A stretch of 64,000 bases of DNA from a virus. Under the pieces are notes generated by a model. The model worked only from the letters and a program-made list of their open reading frames with translations. It had not been told where the DNA came from and searched no databases. Of the stretch, positions 41,952-52,470 are shown in pieces. The translations under genes and the position numbers were made by a program. Position 1 is the first letter of the stretch. Every line of letters begins with the position of its first letter. The DNA lies in IMG/VR virus record IMGVR_UViG_3300032224_000679, positions 21,487-85,486 of that record, one strand, 5' to 3'.

Positions 41952-42322
41952 AAATCAAAGAAGTAATCTTAGAAGGCGGTACTGGTAGTTTGTCACCAGC
42001 AGTGGCTCGTGCTATGCCTACTACGTGGGAACTTCCTGCACTACCAAATCAAGATCCTTACTTACAGTATAGAATGGGTATTGCTATGGCCAGCGCACGT
42101 AGCAATGAACCTATGGAAACTAAAAGTGCATTTGGTGAAAATATGAGCATTGTTGGATACACAGATGCCGACGACGAAACAGTTGAGCTTGCATTAAAAA
42201 TCATGGGCAAAGAATACGCCAAAGGTGCAAGATCTATTTCTACTAGAAAGTCTGAAGAAGCTACAGACGTAAACAAAACCAGCCCAACACCTGCTAAAAA
42301 GCGTAACAAATACGGTGTATGA
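41948..42322 (+). CDS. Putative internal head protein, paralogue of 41571..41951
   Basis: MKIKEVILE N-terminus; shared Y...R...AMA and YT motifs. Confidence 0.7.
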   Translation: MKIKEVILEGGTGSLSPAVARAMPTTWELPALPNQDPYLQYRMGIAMASARSNEPMETKSAFGENMSIVGYTDADDETVELALKIMGKEYAKGARSISTRKSEEATDVNKTSPTPAKKRNKYGV

Positions 42323-42564
42323 AACAACTTCGATTCACAAGCACATATAACTCAGACAGCACAATACCGGATGCAGTAATGGATACAAGCGATCCAGCAT
42401 TTGCTATTACCAATGGTGTTGTGCCTCGCCTCAATTATACAGAATTGCCTGTTTGGCAACAACATAACCCAGAAAATGAAAAAGCTCGAATAATGCGCGA
42501 ACAAAATATTAAACCAGGCACTCCTGCTTGGTTTGCTTTATGGGGTAGAGGCGGCGCAAGATAG
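42319..42564 (+). CDS. Hypothetical protein
   Basis: 81-aa ORF with an overlapping start; NIKPGTPAWFALW motif. Confidence 0.65.
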   Translation: MKQLRFTSTYNSDSTIPDAVMDTSDPAFAITNGVVPRLNYTELPVWQQHNPENEKARIMREQNIKPGTPAWFALWGRGGAR

Positions 42565-42589
42565 TTAAATATTATTTTAAGGAGCCATT

Positions 42590-42880
42590 ATGCGTATAAC
42601 AGCAATGGCGTTCCTATTCTGCCTAATTAGCTCTATAGCCAACGCCCAGGAAATTATAGATTTACAGAAACAGTTGAAGTGTTCAAAAGCTGAAATGGTC
42701 ATGAACTATTTCAAAGACAACTTCCAAGAAATGCCAATTTGGGTAGGCAAAACTAACACCGGAACACACATTACTTTGTTGGTTAACAAAGAAACTCGTA
42801 CATGGACTATGATTGAATATGATGCCAGCATCGCCTGCGTACTAGGTGCAGGCGAGACTAGCAGTAAACCGGAAGTCTAA
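42590..42880 (+). CDS. Small exported protein with signal peptide
   Basis: AAGGAG RBS; hydrophobic N-terminus ending in ANA-Q. Confidence 0.7.
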   Translation: MRITAMAFLFCLISSIANAQEIIDLQKQLKCSKAEMVMNYFKDNFQEMPIWVGKTNTGTHITLLVNKETRTWTMIEYDASIACVLGAGETSSKPEV

Positions 42881-43402
42881 TTACTTAGGTTCAATACCCA
42901 AATACTGATACCAGCTTGCGTGCCGAACTTGCACAGGACGAGCTTTCCACTTATTGATTAAATGGAAATGATCTGGCTTAAACGGAGCACGTAGAGGTTT
43001 CCATAACTTGTGACCTTTTTTATGGTTACAAGTCTTACAAGCGGTAACAGAGTTTTCCCAAGTAGTCTTACCGCCTTCGGCACGTGGAACTACGTGATCC
43101 AAAGTAAGATCCTTGTAATCAAATGTATCTGCACAGTATTGGCATTGGAACAAGTCCCTAAGGAACAAGTTACTGCGGCTAAACTTAGCAGACTTTTTGA
43201 AACTAAAGTAATCTTTGGTCACACAAACACTGGGAACTTTCATTTCGAATTTTTCGCTGTGAATCACCCAATCTTCGTATTCTTCAAGAATGGTTACACG
43301 ATCCAAAAAGTAAAGTTTCACAGCATGTTGCCAGCTGATAACACTTAATGGTAGTACACTAATAGGATTATAATCGCTGTTCAACAGCAGTACGTCAGAC
43401 AA
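42881..43402 (-). CDS. HNH endonuclease
   Basis: RD.FQCQYC...LTLDHVVPR..GGKTTWEN.VTAC..CN..KG. Confidence 0.9.
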   Translation of the reverse strand: MSDVLLLNSDYNPISVLPLSVISWQHAVKLYFLDRVTILEEYEDWVIHSEKFEMKVPSVCVTKDYFSFKKSAKFSRSNLFLRDLFQCQYCADTFDYKDLTLDHVVPRAEGGKTTWENSVTACKTCNHKKGHKLWKPLRAPFKPDHFHLINKWKARPVQVRHASWYQYLGIEPK

Positions 43403-43483
43403 AATAAAATCTCACTTGTTAGTTCATAAATATTGATTATACAGTATTTACTAATTTAACGCAACCGAAAAATCAAATCAAAT

Positions 43484-44083
43484 ATGAATTTCGATAATTT
43501 ACTAATTTTTTATGCACCAGGTTCTCGCGGGGACTTTTTGGCAAGCGTATTGCTAACTCAGCTAATGGATCAACCATTGTGGCATATAAAGACTGAAAAA
43601 ATATTTAACCCTTATGCCGAATACATAAAAGCGCACGACCTTACCAAAGATCCAGGGCAGTTTGGTAAAGTACAAGTTGAAGACTTAATAATAAATCGTA
43701 GTATACGAATTAAGTTACAGACACCAAGCGATTTTTTGTCAGCAGTTTATTATAGCAAAGCTAAAATACTGGCCAACAAAAATTTGCCAGAAGATTCTTT
43801 ACTAAGTAATTATTTGATAAAAGAAAAGCGTTATAGAAAATTAGACAGTATGTTTGATTACGTGGTAGACTTTTCAAATTTATTTGATATAGAATTTATA
43901 AAACAGTTTTATGCCAATTACGTTGGTGAAGAATTGCCAGCCGAGGCAATTAAAAGAATACAGGACAACATTAACCTTCACACCGTATTAAACTTAGAGA
44001 ACTATCAAAATTACTTAAATAATGTTAATATCAATAACTTTTTAAAAGACTATGGCAGCAAATACGGAAACGGTTTTAATTAA
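43484..44083 (+). CDS. Hypothetical protein
   Basis: AT-rich 199-aa ORF; YAPGSRGDFL loop; no confident family. Confidence 0.6.
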   Translation: MNFDNLLIFYAPGSRGDFLASVLLTQLMDQPLWHIKTEKIFNPYAEYIKAHDLTKDPGQFGKVQVEDLIINRSIRIKLQTPSDFLSAVYYSKAKILANKNLPEDSLLSNYLIKEKRYRKLDSMFDYVVDFSNLFDIEFIKQFYANYVGEELPAEAIKRIQDNINLHTVLNLENYQNYLNNVNINNFLKDYGSKYGNGFN

Positions 44084-45614
44084 AAAACCAAATAAAATAG
44101 AGTCCTTTACGGAACAGCAGATCATTGAAATAGCTAAATGTGCTGATCCCGTCACAGGGCCACAGTATTTTTTGGATAACTACTTCTACATTCAACATCC
44201 CACCAAAGGGCGTATTAGATATAGACCATTTGAATATCAAGTCAGGCTAGTTGACAGTTACCATAACTACAGATACAGTATTAATTTGATGCCACGTCAA
44301 ACTGGTAAGTCCACAACAGCCGCAGGTTACTTGTTATGGTATGCAATGTTTGTATCGGACAGTACAATTCTAGTTGCCGCACACAAATACACAGGTTCAC
44401 AAGAAATTATGCAACGTATCCGTTATGGATATGAAAGTGTACCTAACCACATCAGAGCAGGTGTTACAAGTTATAACAAAGGCAGCATAGACTTTGACAA
44501 TGGATCGCGTATTGTGAGCGCCACAACAACAGAAAACACAGGTCGTGGTATGTCTATATCATTACTGTACTGCGATGAGTTTGCATTCGTTCGTCCAGGC
44601 ATTGCCAAAGAGTTCTGGACTTCTATTAGCCCTACACTAGCAACTGGTGGTAAGTGTATTATCACATCAACACCCAACAGTGATGAGGATCAGTTTGCAT
44701 TAATATGGCGCCAAGCAAATAAGCGTACAGATGAATATGGCAACGAAACTGAATTGGGCGTCAATGGATTCAAAGCATTTAGAAGTTACTGGAAAGAGCA
44801 TCCAGATAGAGATGAGAAGTGGGAAGCAGAACAGCGAGCACAGTTAGGAGAAGAACGTTTCCGTCGTGAAATGGATTGTGAATTCATTATCTATGATGAA
44901 ACATTGATTAATCCTATTCACTTAACTGAGATGGCTGGAATAGATCCTTTACAAAAACAAGGACAAGTACGTTGGTACGGGACTCCACAAAAAGGATCAG
45001 TTTATATTGTAGCACTAGATCCTAGTTTGGGTACTGGTGGTGATCCCAGTGCAATTCAAGTGCTTGAATTACCTAGCATGAAACAAATTGCCGAATGGCA
45101 ACACAATCGTACTCCTGTACAACAGCAAGTGAAAATATTGGCAGAGATTACCAAGTATCTCAGTGAACATACCGCAGTGGACACAGATGTTTACTACAGT
45201 GTTGAAAACAATACCTTGGGTGAAGCAGCATTGGTTGCCATTGATGAATACGGTGAAGAAAATATTAAAGGTATTTTCATAAGCGAGCCTGGCAAGGTTG
45301 GATCTAGTAGACGATATCGCAAAGGGTTCAACACTTCGAACAAAAGCAAACTCAGTGCATGTGCTAAGTTTAAAAATTTAGTAGAAACACGTAAACTGCA
45401 TATTGCCAGTAAAGCATTGATCAGTGAACTAAAGACATTTGTAGCTTCGGGTAGCGGGTATGCAGCCAAAATAGGTGAAACAGATGATTTAGTAATGAGT
45501 ATGTTGTTGGCAGTACGTATGGCCATGTTCTTGCGTGAGTATGATCCTAACTTAGATGAAAAACTCAAAGATGGTGAGGATATAATAATGCCCATGCCTT
45601 TTATAATGATATGA
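44052..45614 (+). CDS. Terminase large subunit (T4 gp17-like)
   Basis: PRQTGKST Walker A, LYCDEFAF Walker B, ITSTPN, DPS.G.GGD, VENN, DDLVMS. Confidence 0.95.
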   Translation: MAANTETVLIKKPNKIESFTEQQIIEIAKCADPVTGPQYFLDNYFYIQHPTKGRIRYRPFEYQVRLVDSYHNYRYSINLMPRQTGKSTTAAGYLLWYAMFVSDSTILVAAHKYTGSQEIMQRIRYGYESVPNHIRAGVTSYNKGSIDFDNGSRIVSATTTENTGRGMSISLLYCDEFAFVRPGIAKEFWTSISPTLATGGKCIITSTPNSDEDQFALIWRQANKRTDEYGNETELGVNGFKAFRSYWKEHPDRDEKWEAEQRAQLGEERFRREMDCEFIIYDETLINPIHLTEMAGIDPLQKQGQVRWYGTPQKGSVYIVALDPSLGTGGDPSAIQVLELPSMKQIAEWQHNRTPVQQQVKILAEITKYLSEHTAVDTDVYYSVENNTLGEAALVAIDEYGEENIKGIFISEPGKVGSSRRYRKGFNTSNKSKLSACAKFKNLVETRKLHIASKALISELKTFVASGSGYAAKIGETDDLVMSMLLAVRMAMFLREYDPNLDEKLKDGEDIIMPMPFIMI

Positions 45615-46144
45615 TAATAGAACCAGTAGACGATGCAAACGATTTGTTTGTAGTACGAGATTTTTACCCTGAAGAACTGTTAAGTAGATTTTTAGCCACA
45701 GATCATTTAACGCAACCTTATACAAAAGAAGCATGGCAAGCAGACTGGCCCAGACGTAGACTAGTGCATGACTTGGATCCCATATACAATGAACTGGGAG
45801 ATTATGTAGCTTCGCAGTTGTCTGAAATATCTAAAACAGTTAATACTGAACTCTCAAGATGCGATACTGGGTTTTGGTTGGATAATGCGGGATTTAGAAT
45901 GGCCCCTCATGTTGACAACGCTATGGTTCAAGTAGCAATGCAGATATATCTAAACGAAAACGATATAACCTTAGGAACTGTATTTTATGATAATACACTA
46001 AGCGTAAGATACCGCCCTTTGTATAAAATTAATCAAGGGTATTTGATGATAAACAATCCTAAACAGTTACATGGAATGATGGACAAAGTGCCTGCAGATT
46101 CTTATAGGATTAGCAGTTACACTTGGTTCTATCCAAAAACATAA
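45611..46144 (+). CDS. 2OG-Fe(II) oxygenase-like protein
   Basis: HVD...H...RxS facial-triad pattern. Confidence 0.65.
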   Translation: MIIEPVDDANDLFVVRDFYPEELLSRFLATDHLTQPYTKEAWQADWPRRRLVHDLDPIYNELGDYVASQLSEISKTVNTELSRCDTGFWLDNAGFRMAPHVDNAMVQVAMQIYLNENDITLGTVFYDNTLSVRYRPLYKINQGYLMINNPKQLHGMMDKVPADSYRISSYTWFYPKT

Positions 46145-46154
46145 ATATATTACT

Positions 46155-47558
46155 ATGCTAGAAATTGAAAAAATTGCCGAAAACTTGTTTGATAAAATCC
46201 GTAGCCGATTTGAAGGTGTAAGCATTGGCGACGAGCATGCCAAAGCAACACTAGATCCCACTAAAGCAAGATTCTTTAACTTTGACTACACACAAGAAGG
46301 CGAAAACTACGGCAACATTACTATCAGTCTAGTAGATGACAACAATTTAAAAGTCTATTTCGACAAAGATCTTGACGAAGAAATGGGCGACACACAAAAG
46401 AAAAACTGGTACAAATTTTTAAAAGGACTGCGTTTATTTGCTAAACGTAACCTACTAACATTTGACATTAGAGATATTGCTAAGAGTGGATTGAATCTTA
46501 GAGATTTAAAACACGCAAACAAAAATGCAGACATCACTGATATTGAAGATATTCAAATGACTGAAAGCAAGATGTATGGCACTAGCCGTAGTAGCTATCA
46601 GAAAATGGAAAGTGTACGAATCATAGCAAGACACAGCAAGCAAGTGGACGAAAATCAGCGAGGTGCAAGAGCCAGACACATACAGGCGATCTACATCGAG
46701 AACCACGACGGCGAGCGTTTCAAGTTACCTGAAGGTACTACACTAAACGGTGCAAGAGTCTATGCTAGACATGTTAAAAATGGCGGACAAATCAATGACG
46801 ACTTTGGACGACACATTGGTACAATGATTAAAGAAATGAACAGTTTAAAACTATTTGCCCGTAACATGCGTGGTAGACAGTTTGAAGATGTTGAAACAGA
46901 TTTAATGGTAGAGACTGCTATCGACCATTACGGCAAATTACATAGAGACTTGTTTACACTACGTGGACAACGTGGATATGAATCATATCGTGCATTGTGG
47001 CAACCCGAAGCACTGACTGAAGATGAATTTGACATCAATGCACTTAGAGAACGATTTGTTAAACGTGTGTTTGATGATAGATTAATGGATGCACTACCAA
47101 TTGTGCAACGTGCATATCAAGAAAAGAAAAATAAAGTAGGCGAAGAATTTGAATCTTGGGCCAACGGCATACTAGAAGACCTTGACAACGATGACGAAGA
47201 AAATGATTTGGACGTCAATGTAAAAAGTCCGTTTGCTAATAGTAAGGACAGTGGCGCTAATGATTTGGACGGTGGAGAAGTAGATAAAGGCATGGAAGCA
47301 TTTCTACAAAATCACGGATTTATGTTCAAAATTTTGGACGGAAAATTTTGGCTTGACAGCAAAGAAGAAGTTGAACGTGCCAAAGATGTTATAGCCGCAC
47401 ACGATCCTAAAATGAAATTCCCACCTATGGGCGTATATGATTACCAATATGGTATCTATGGCGCCAGCACAAACGATAGAGAGTTTCCAGACCACGGTGT
47501 TATGGAACAAATGGAAGACCTAGGACTTCTAAAACGATTATCTGGTATTACCAAATAA
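46155..47558 (+). CDS. Conserved hypothetical late (probably head-associated) protein
   Basis: Late promoter at 46141; C-terminal LKRLSG helix similar to those in 37992..40880. Confidence 0.65.
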   Translation: MLEIEKIAENLFDKIRSRFEGVSIGDEHAKATLDPTKARFFNFDYTQEGENYGNITISLVDDNNLKVYFDKDLDEEMGDTQKKNWYKFLKGLRLFAKRNLLTFDIRDIAKSGLNLRDLKHANKNADITDIEDIQMTESKMYGTSRSSYQKMESVRIIARHSKQVDENQRGARARHIQAIYIENHDGERFKLPEGTTLNGARVYARHVKNGGQINDDFGRHIGTMIKEMNSLKLFARNMRGRQFEDVETDLMVETAIDHYGKLHRDLFTLRGQRGYESYRALWQPEALTEDEFDINALRERFVKRVFDDRLMDALPIVQRAYQEKKNKVGEEFESWANGILEDLDNDDEENDLDVNVKSPFANSKDSGANDLDGGEVDKGMEAFLQNHGFMFKILDGKFWLDSKEEVERAKDVIAAHDPKMKFPPMGVYDYQYGIYGASTNDREFPDHGVMEQMEDLGLLKRLSGITK

Positions 47559-47715
47559 TTTGATTCTTAGAATTACACCTGCTATACTACGTGGGTGCTA
47601 AACAAAAATTTAAGTTTTTTTCTTTATAGACTAAATACTACTGTTAGATTATGCAACGGTGTATAATTTATCTAGGCACAACAAAGACCATCTTAAATCA
47701 TATAGGAGAAACATT

Positions 47716-48711
47716 ATGGCAACATCATTAGCAGACATTCGTGCAAAACTACAAGCACAAGAAGGCCGACAAGGCGGAAATCAAACAGGCGGAGACAATG
47801 GCATTTATGCCCATTGGAATATCCCAGAAGGTACTACAGCTCGTGTACGTTTCCTTCCAGACGCAAACACTAAAAACACTTTTTTCTGGGTCGAACGACT
47901 TATGATCAAATTGCCTTTCGCAGGCATTAAAGGTCAACCAGAAAGCAAACCCACTTTTGTACAAGTACCTTGTGTTGAAATGTGGCAAGAGTCTTGCCCA
48001 ATTCTGGCAGAAGTTCGTACATGGTTTAAAGATCCAGCATTGGAAGAAATGGGTCGTAAATACTGGAAGAAAAAATCATATTTGTTCCAAGGCTTTGTGC
48101 GTGACAATCCTTTGAGCGATGACAAAACTCCAGAGAATCCAATTCGTCGTTTTATTATCAGTCCACAAATTTTTAACTTGGTTAAGAATGCGCTGATGGA
48201 TCCAGAATTGGAAAACTTGCCTGTAGACTACGAAGGTGGTTTGGACTTTACTATTAAGAAAACTAGTAAAGGTGGCTATGCTGACTACAGCACCAGCACA
48301 TGGGCACGTAAAGAATCTGCATTAACTACAGCAGAACTTGAAGCAGTTGAAAAATACGGCTTGTATAACTTGGCAGACTTTTTGCCTAAGAAGCCCAGCG
48401 AAGCTGAATTGAAAATCATCAAAGAAATGTTTGAAGCGTCAGTTGACGGTGAAGCATATGACATGGAACGTTGGGGTCAGTACTACAAACCAGCTGGTAT
48501 GGCAGCACCTGCCGCATCAGAAAACACTGCTAAGGCAGCACCCGCTCCTGCCCCAGTAGCTAAGGCAGCACCCGCTCCAGTAGCGGCAGACGCAGACGAT
48601 GCTCCTTTCGAAACAGACGAGCCAGAAGTAACTGCACCAGTTGCAGCCGCTAAACCTTCTAGCCAACGTGCTGAAGATATTTTAGCAATGATTCGTAACC
48701 GTCAGAAGTAA
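47716..48711 (+). CDS. Single-stranded DNA-binding protein (T4 gp32-like)
   Basis: AGGAG RBS with ATG 47716; VRFLPD, CP, GYADY..S.W, Ala/Pro linker, EDILAMIR tail. Confidence 0.9.
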   Translation: MATSLADIRAKLQAQEGRQGGNQTGGDNGIYAHWNIPEGTTARVRFLPDANTKNTFFWVERLMIKLPFAGIKGQPESKPTFVQVPCVEMWQESCPILAEVRTWFKDPALEEMGRKYWKKKSYLFQGFVRDNPLSDDKTPENPIRRFIISPQIFNLVKNALMDPELENLPVDYEGGLDFTIKKTSKGGYADYSTSTWARKESALTTAELEAVEKYGLYNLADFLPKKPSEAELKIIKEMFEASVDGEAYDMERWGQYYKPAGMAAPAASENTAKAAPAPAPVAKAAPAPVAADADDAPFETDEPEVTAPVAAAKPSSQRAEDILAMIRNRQK

Positions 48712-48733
48712 TTTAATTACTTGCTTGTGTCAT

Positions 48734-48758
48734 GTAGGGGAGACGGTCCCCTACTTTT
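48734..48758 (+). terminator. Intrinsic terminator
   Basis: gtagggga-gacgg-tcccctac-tttt. Confidence 0.75.
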
Positions 48759-48763
48759 ACATC

Positions 48764-49378
48764 ATGCTTTCATATTTAGATCCTATTATATTTCCCGATC
48801 AATGTGTAGTCTATGAGATTGACATTAATCGATATGTGTATCCTATTTTTAAAAATGGATCATCCAGTCTTGCGGCTAAAGGCTATAGACAGTTAAGTCA
48901 CGAAGAAATAAGAAAACTTTCAACAATTGAAGTGTATATTAGAGATCCTTACGATCGTTATGTGTCGGGAGTACAAACATATCTCAATCATCTAGGTCCG
49001 GAATACGATCGTGCCACAGTATTAAAAATGATTAGTGAGTTCCTATTTCTTAATAGGCACTTTGCATTACAGTTTCATTGGTTAGCAAATCTTGCAAGAT
49101 TCACTGATGCTTGGCTACGTTTTAGGCCAATGGAAGAATTACAAACAGCCACAGAACATACATTTAATATCATTTCACGCGATCCCGCGTTAACCGAATA
49201 CTTTAAAGACAACGATAAACTACACTACTACCTAGAGTTAGACAAAATATTGTTTGAATGGTACATGGGAGAATGTGTAAGTTTCCCATCAATAGTAGCC
49301 CGAGTACGTGGACACCATTATGATCTTTATAAAGAAGTTATTGAAAGAAACATACGACTATGTACTGTCCTAGGCTAG
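48764..49378 (+). CDS. Sulfotransferase-family-like protein
   Basis: PIFKNGSSS (5'-PSB-like) and RDPYDRYVSG (3'-PB-like) motifs. Confidence 0.65.
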   Translation: MLSYLDPIIFPDQCVVYEIDINRYVYPIFKNGSSSLAAKGYRQLSHEEIRKLSTIEVYIRDPYDRYVSGVQTYLNHLGPEYDRATVLKMISEFLFLNRHFALQFHWLANLARFTDAWLRFRPMEELQTATEHTFNIISRDPALTEYFKDNDKLHYYLELDKILFEWYMGECVSFPSIVARVRGHHYDLYKEVIERNIRLCTVLG

Positions 49379-50307
49379 ATCATTTTGTAAGATTTAATCC
49401 TAATGGCACAGTAAGTCGTTGTGGACACATGGCCTCCGCACCCGAATTCGCTAGCCTTGAAGAAATGGACTCTAGTCTATGGTTACGCAACGCAAAACTA
49501 AGTTTCAATAAAGGCATATGGCCCAAAGAATGTGTTCGTTGTAATCAAACAGAACAGACTAATGGTTCTAGCATTAGACTCAATGCCATTGAGTTTGATA
49601 AAATACAAAATAAAAAAGATTACTTAACAGTGGGCGGTGTATTAGACAACGTTTGTAACAGTGCCTGCTTTTCTTGTAGTGAACAGTTAAGCACAAAGAT
49701 TGGTAGTTTAAAATCTAAATCTTACCCTATAATAGATAATTCCAATAAATTCTGGAAGCTACCATTGGATCGTGTGGTACATTTAGATATTAACGGAGGC
49801 GAGCCCAGTGCCAGCAAAAATTATCGTTACCTTTTACAAAACATTCCCCCTAATGTTAAATCTGTTAGGATCAACACTAACTGTTCATTGATCATAGATG
49901 AAATTAAAAATTTAGTTAGTGCGGGTATCAAAGTAACTGTAACTGTTAGTTTGGATGGGATTGAAGATGTACACGATTTTGTTCGCTGGCCAATTAAATG
50001 GGATAAATTTTACGAAAACTTGATGTATTATAAAAGTATGGATCACTTAGATTTGAATACTTGGACCACAGTCAGCGCATTAAACATTCATAATTTTACA
50101 GCCATTAGACAATTTGTTGCCAATAATCAACTTGCACATGATTATGCATTCTTGCATAGTCCTGAACCTATGAACGTTAAATACCAAAACAATTTGACGT
50201 TACCTTACAAAACAATGTTTCCAGGAATAGTTGCTGTAGATAAAAATAATCAAGAAGAACTAGATGCATTTATTAATGAACAGAAAAAACTTCGAGGAAT
50301 ACTATGA
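49360..50307 (+). CDS. Radical SAM enzyme with N-terminal SPASM/twitch-like domain
   Basis: CNSACFSC, GGEP, NTN, VSLDG; N-terminal CP..G.VSRC..CVRC. Confidence 0.85.
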   Translation: MYCPRLDHFVRFNPNGTVSRCGHMASAPEFASLEEMDSSLWLRNAKLSFNKGIWPKECVRCNQTEQTNGSSIRLNAIEFDKIQNKKDYLTVGGVLDNVCNSACFSCSEQLSTKIGSLKSKSYPIIDNSNKFWKLPLDRVVHLDINGGEPSASKNYRYLLQNIPPNVKSVRINTNCSLIIDEIKNLVSAGIKVTVTVSLDGIEDVHDFVRWPIKWDKFYENLMYYKSMDHLDLNTWTTVSALNIHNFTAIRQFVANNQLAHDYAFLHSPEPMNVKYQNNLTLPYKTMFPGIVAVDKNNQEELDAFINEQKKLRGIL

Positions 50308-50777
50308 AATACTATGTTGAACTGCCCTGCGAAAATATTAAAGAAATATCTAATGAAATTTTTAGTTTCTTAAAAAACGAAACTGAGTTACTTTACACCA
50401 CTAAATTTGGTTGGCACTTTATTGATTGTAAAATTTTATTATCTTCTAGTCCCGCACTGGCATCATTTTTTAGAAACAATAAGTTGATTCCTAGACATGC
50501 CGCAATTACAATAATAGAAGATAATTCACATTTAGGAAAACACATAGACGAACTGCCTGTTATTGCTAAAATAAACTTCCCCGTGCTTAATGTACATGGG
50601 TGGGCCAATCGTTGGTATGTTGATGATGTATTGGTTGCAGAATTATTAGACATGCCCTGCCCCATAGTATTCAATTCTCAAATAATGCATAGTGTTGAAA
50701 AAACCACAGCCACTGAGCTGCCTAGAATTGTAGCAAGTTTTACTTTCCACAATGAACCATTGGAATTATTAAAATGA
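50304..50777 (+). CDS. 2OG-Fe(II)/cupin-like protein
   Basis: HID...MHSV...RIVAS. Confidence 0.55.
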   Translation: MKYYVELPCENIKEISNEIFSFLKNETELLYTTKFGWHFIDCKILLSSSPALASFFRNNKLIPRHAAITIIEDNSHLGKHIDELPVIAKINFPVLNVHGWANRWYVDDVLVAELLDMPCPIVFNSQIMHSVEKTTATELPRIVASFTFHNEPLELLK

Positions 50778-51325
50778 AAATAGCAATAACAGGACATAGT
50801 GCAGGTATAGGGCAAGCATTGGCAAAAGTTTATGAATCGCAGGGTCACGAAATACTTGGACTCAGTAGACGAAATGGTTACAACATACGTTCTATACCTA
50901 AGATTATTGACAAAGTAGAACCCTGTGACATGTTTATAAACAATGCACAAGTGGGTTTTGCACAAACAGAATTGTTGTATGGGATTTATAAAAAATGGCA
51001 AGGCATTGCTAATAAAAAAATTATCAATATAAGTTCAATGATGACTTTAGAGCCTATTAGTCCACTGCCTGGTATTGATATGATAGAGTACCATACTCAA
51101 AAACTAACGCTTGAAGAAGCACATCGTCAATTACTGCATCTACATAATATATGGCCTAAGTTATGTTTAGTTAAGCCTGGAGCAACAGCTACTCAACCTG
51201 GACAAACAAGTCCATACCCATACGCAGATGTTGATCATTGGGCACAAACGTTGGTGACTATTTTAGATTTAGCTGGTCAAGAATTAGAAGTGGGGGAAAT
51301 CTCCTTGGGTGTTAATTACAAATGA
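50774..51325 (+). CDS. Short-chain dehydrogenase/reductase
   Basis: ITGHSAGIG, INNA, NISS, YxxxK. Confidence 0.85.
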   Translation: MKIAITGHSAGIGQALAKVYESQGHEILGLSRRNGYNIRSIPKIIDKVEPCDMFINNAQVGFAQTELLYGIYKKWQGIANKKIINISSMMTLEPISPLPGIDMIEYHTQKLTLEEAHRQLLHLHNIWPKLCLVKPGATATQPGQTSPYPYADVDHWAQTLVTILDLAGQELEVGEISLGVNYK

Positions 51326-52470
51326 ACAGCAAAGAATACTTGACCAATCGTGCATTTTGTCCCATGCCATGGACTGGGTTAATGTATAACTTTGACGGAA
51401 ACGTTAAGAATTGCATACGCAGTGACGGCCCAATTGGCAATATTCATAACAATACAATTTCTGAAATACTGGCCAATGATGTTGCAGTTAAAACAAGTAT
51501 GCAAGCAGGGCAGAAATTTAATCGATGCAATCCTTGTTATGATTTGGAACATGAAAAGAATAATTTTAATATCATAAGTGATCGAGTTTTTTATCTTAAA
51601 GAATTAAAAAGTGTTGATCAAAATTTGTATAATACCACAGATTTTGAATTAAACACAATTGATGTACGATGGAGTAACCTGTGCAATTCTGCTTGTGTGT
51701 ATTGTAGTCCAACGTTTAGCAGTAAATGGGCTGGTGAGCTTAGTATTAAGATTTCTACTCCCAGTGAACAACAGTTGCTTGATTTTAAAAATTACATTTT
51801 TGATAATGTATCGAAACTCAAACATGTTTATTTGGCAGGAGGGGAACCTTTGCTGATGAAAGAAAATTTGGAACTGTTAACGTTATTGAAAGAAAAGAAT
51901 CCTGAAGTTAATTTAAGAATCAATACTAATTTAAGTAAAGTGGATACCAAAATATTTGATTTGATTTGTGAATTTAAAAATGTACATTGGACAGTGAGTT
52001 TAGAATCCATCGAAGAAGAATATAATTATATACGATATGGTAGCCATTGGGCAGACTTTCTAGACAACTTAAACATCATCAAAGAATTGGATCACAAAAT
52101 ATCATTTAATATGTTGCACTTTTTGTTAAACTACAAGTCCCTATTCAAATGTGTTGATTTTTTGCAAGCACTGGGATTTCATAACAATAGTTTTGTAATT
52201 GGTGCGCTGTTGGAACCTGAGTATCTAAATATTAGACATTTGCCCAACGACGTGTTACAATCAGTGAAAACAATACTCGAAGAGAAAATTAATGAACAGC
52301 CAGGATTTTTACTTGAAAACGGTTACAGGAATATGTTGCAATACATAAACAATCCAATTCACAAAGACTTGGCAAATTCATTTGAACAAATAAAAATTAT
52401 GGACGCAAGACGTAATTTAGATAGTAAGAAAATTTTTAAAGATTTATATAAGGAAAATAATCATGGCTAA
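51322..52470 (+). CDS. Radical SAM enzyme with N-terminal SPASM/twitch-like domain
   Basis: CNSACVYC, AGGEP, NTN; N-terminal FCPMPW..C..CNPC. Confidence 0.85.
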   Translation: MNSKEYLTNRAFCPMPWTGLMYNFDGNVKNCIRSDGPIGNIHNNTISEILANDVAVKTSMQAGQKFNRCNPCYDLEHEKNNFNIISDRVFYLKELKSVDQNLYNTTDFELNTIDVRWSNLCNSACVYCSPTFSSKWAGELSIKISTPSEQQLLDFKNYIFDNVSKLKHVYLAGGEPLLMKENLELLTLLKEKNPEVNLRINTNLSKVDTKIFDLICEFKNVHWTVSLESIEEEYNYIRYGSHWADFLDNLNIIKELDHKISFNMLHFLLNYKSLFKCVDFLQALGFHNNSFVIGALLEPEYLNIRHLPNDVLQSVKTILEEKINEQPGFLLENGYRNMLQYINNPIHKDLANSFEQIKIMDARRNLDSKKIFKDLYKENNHG

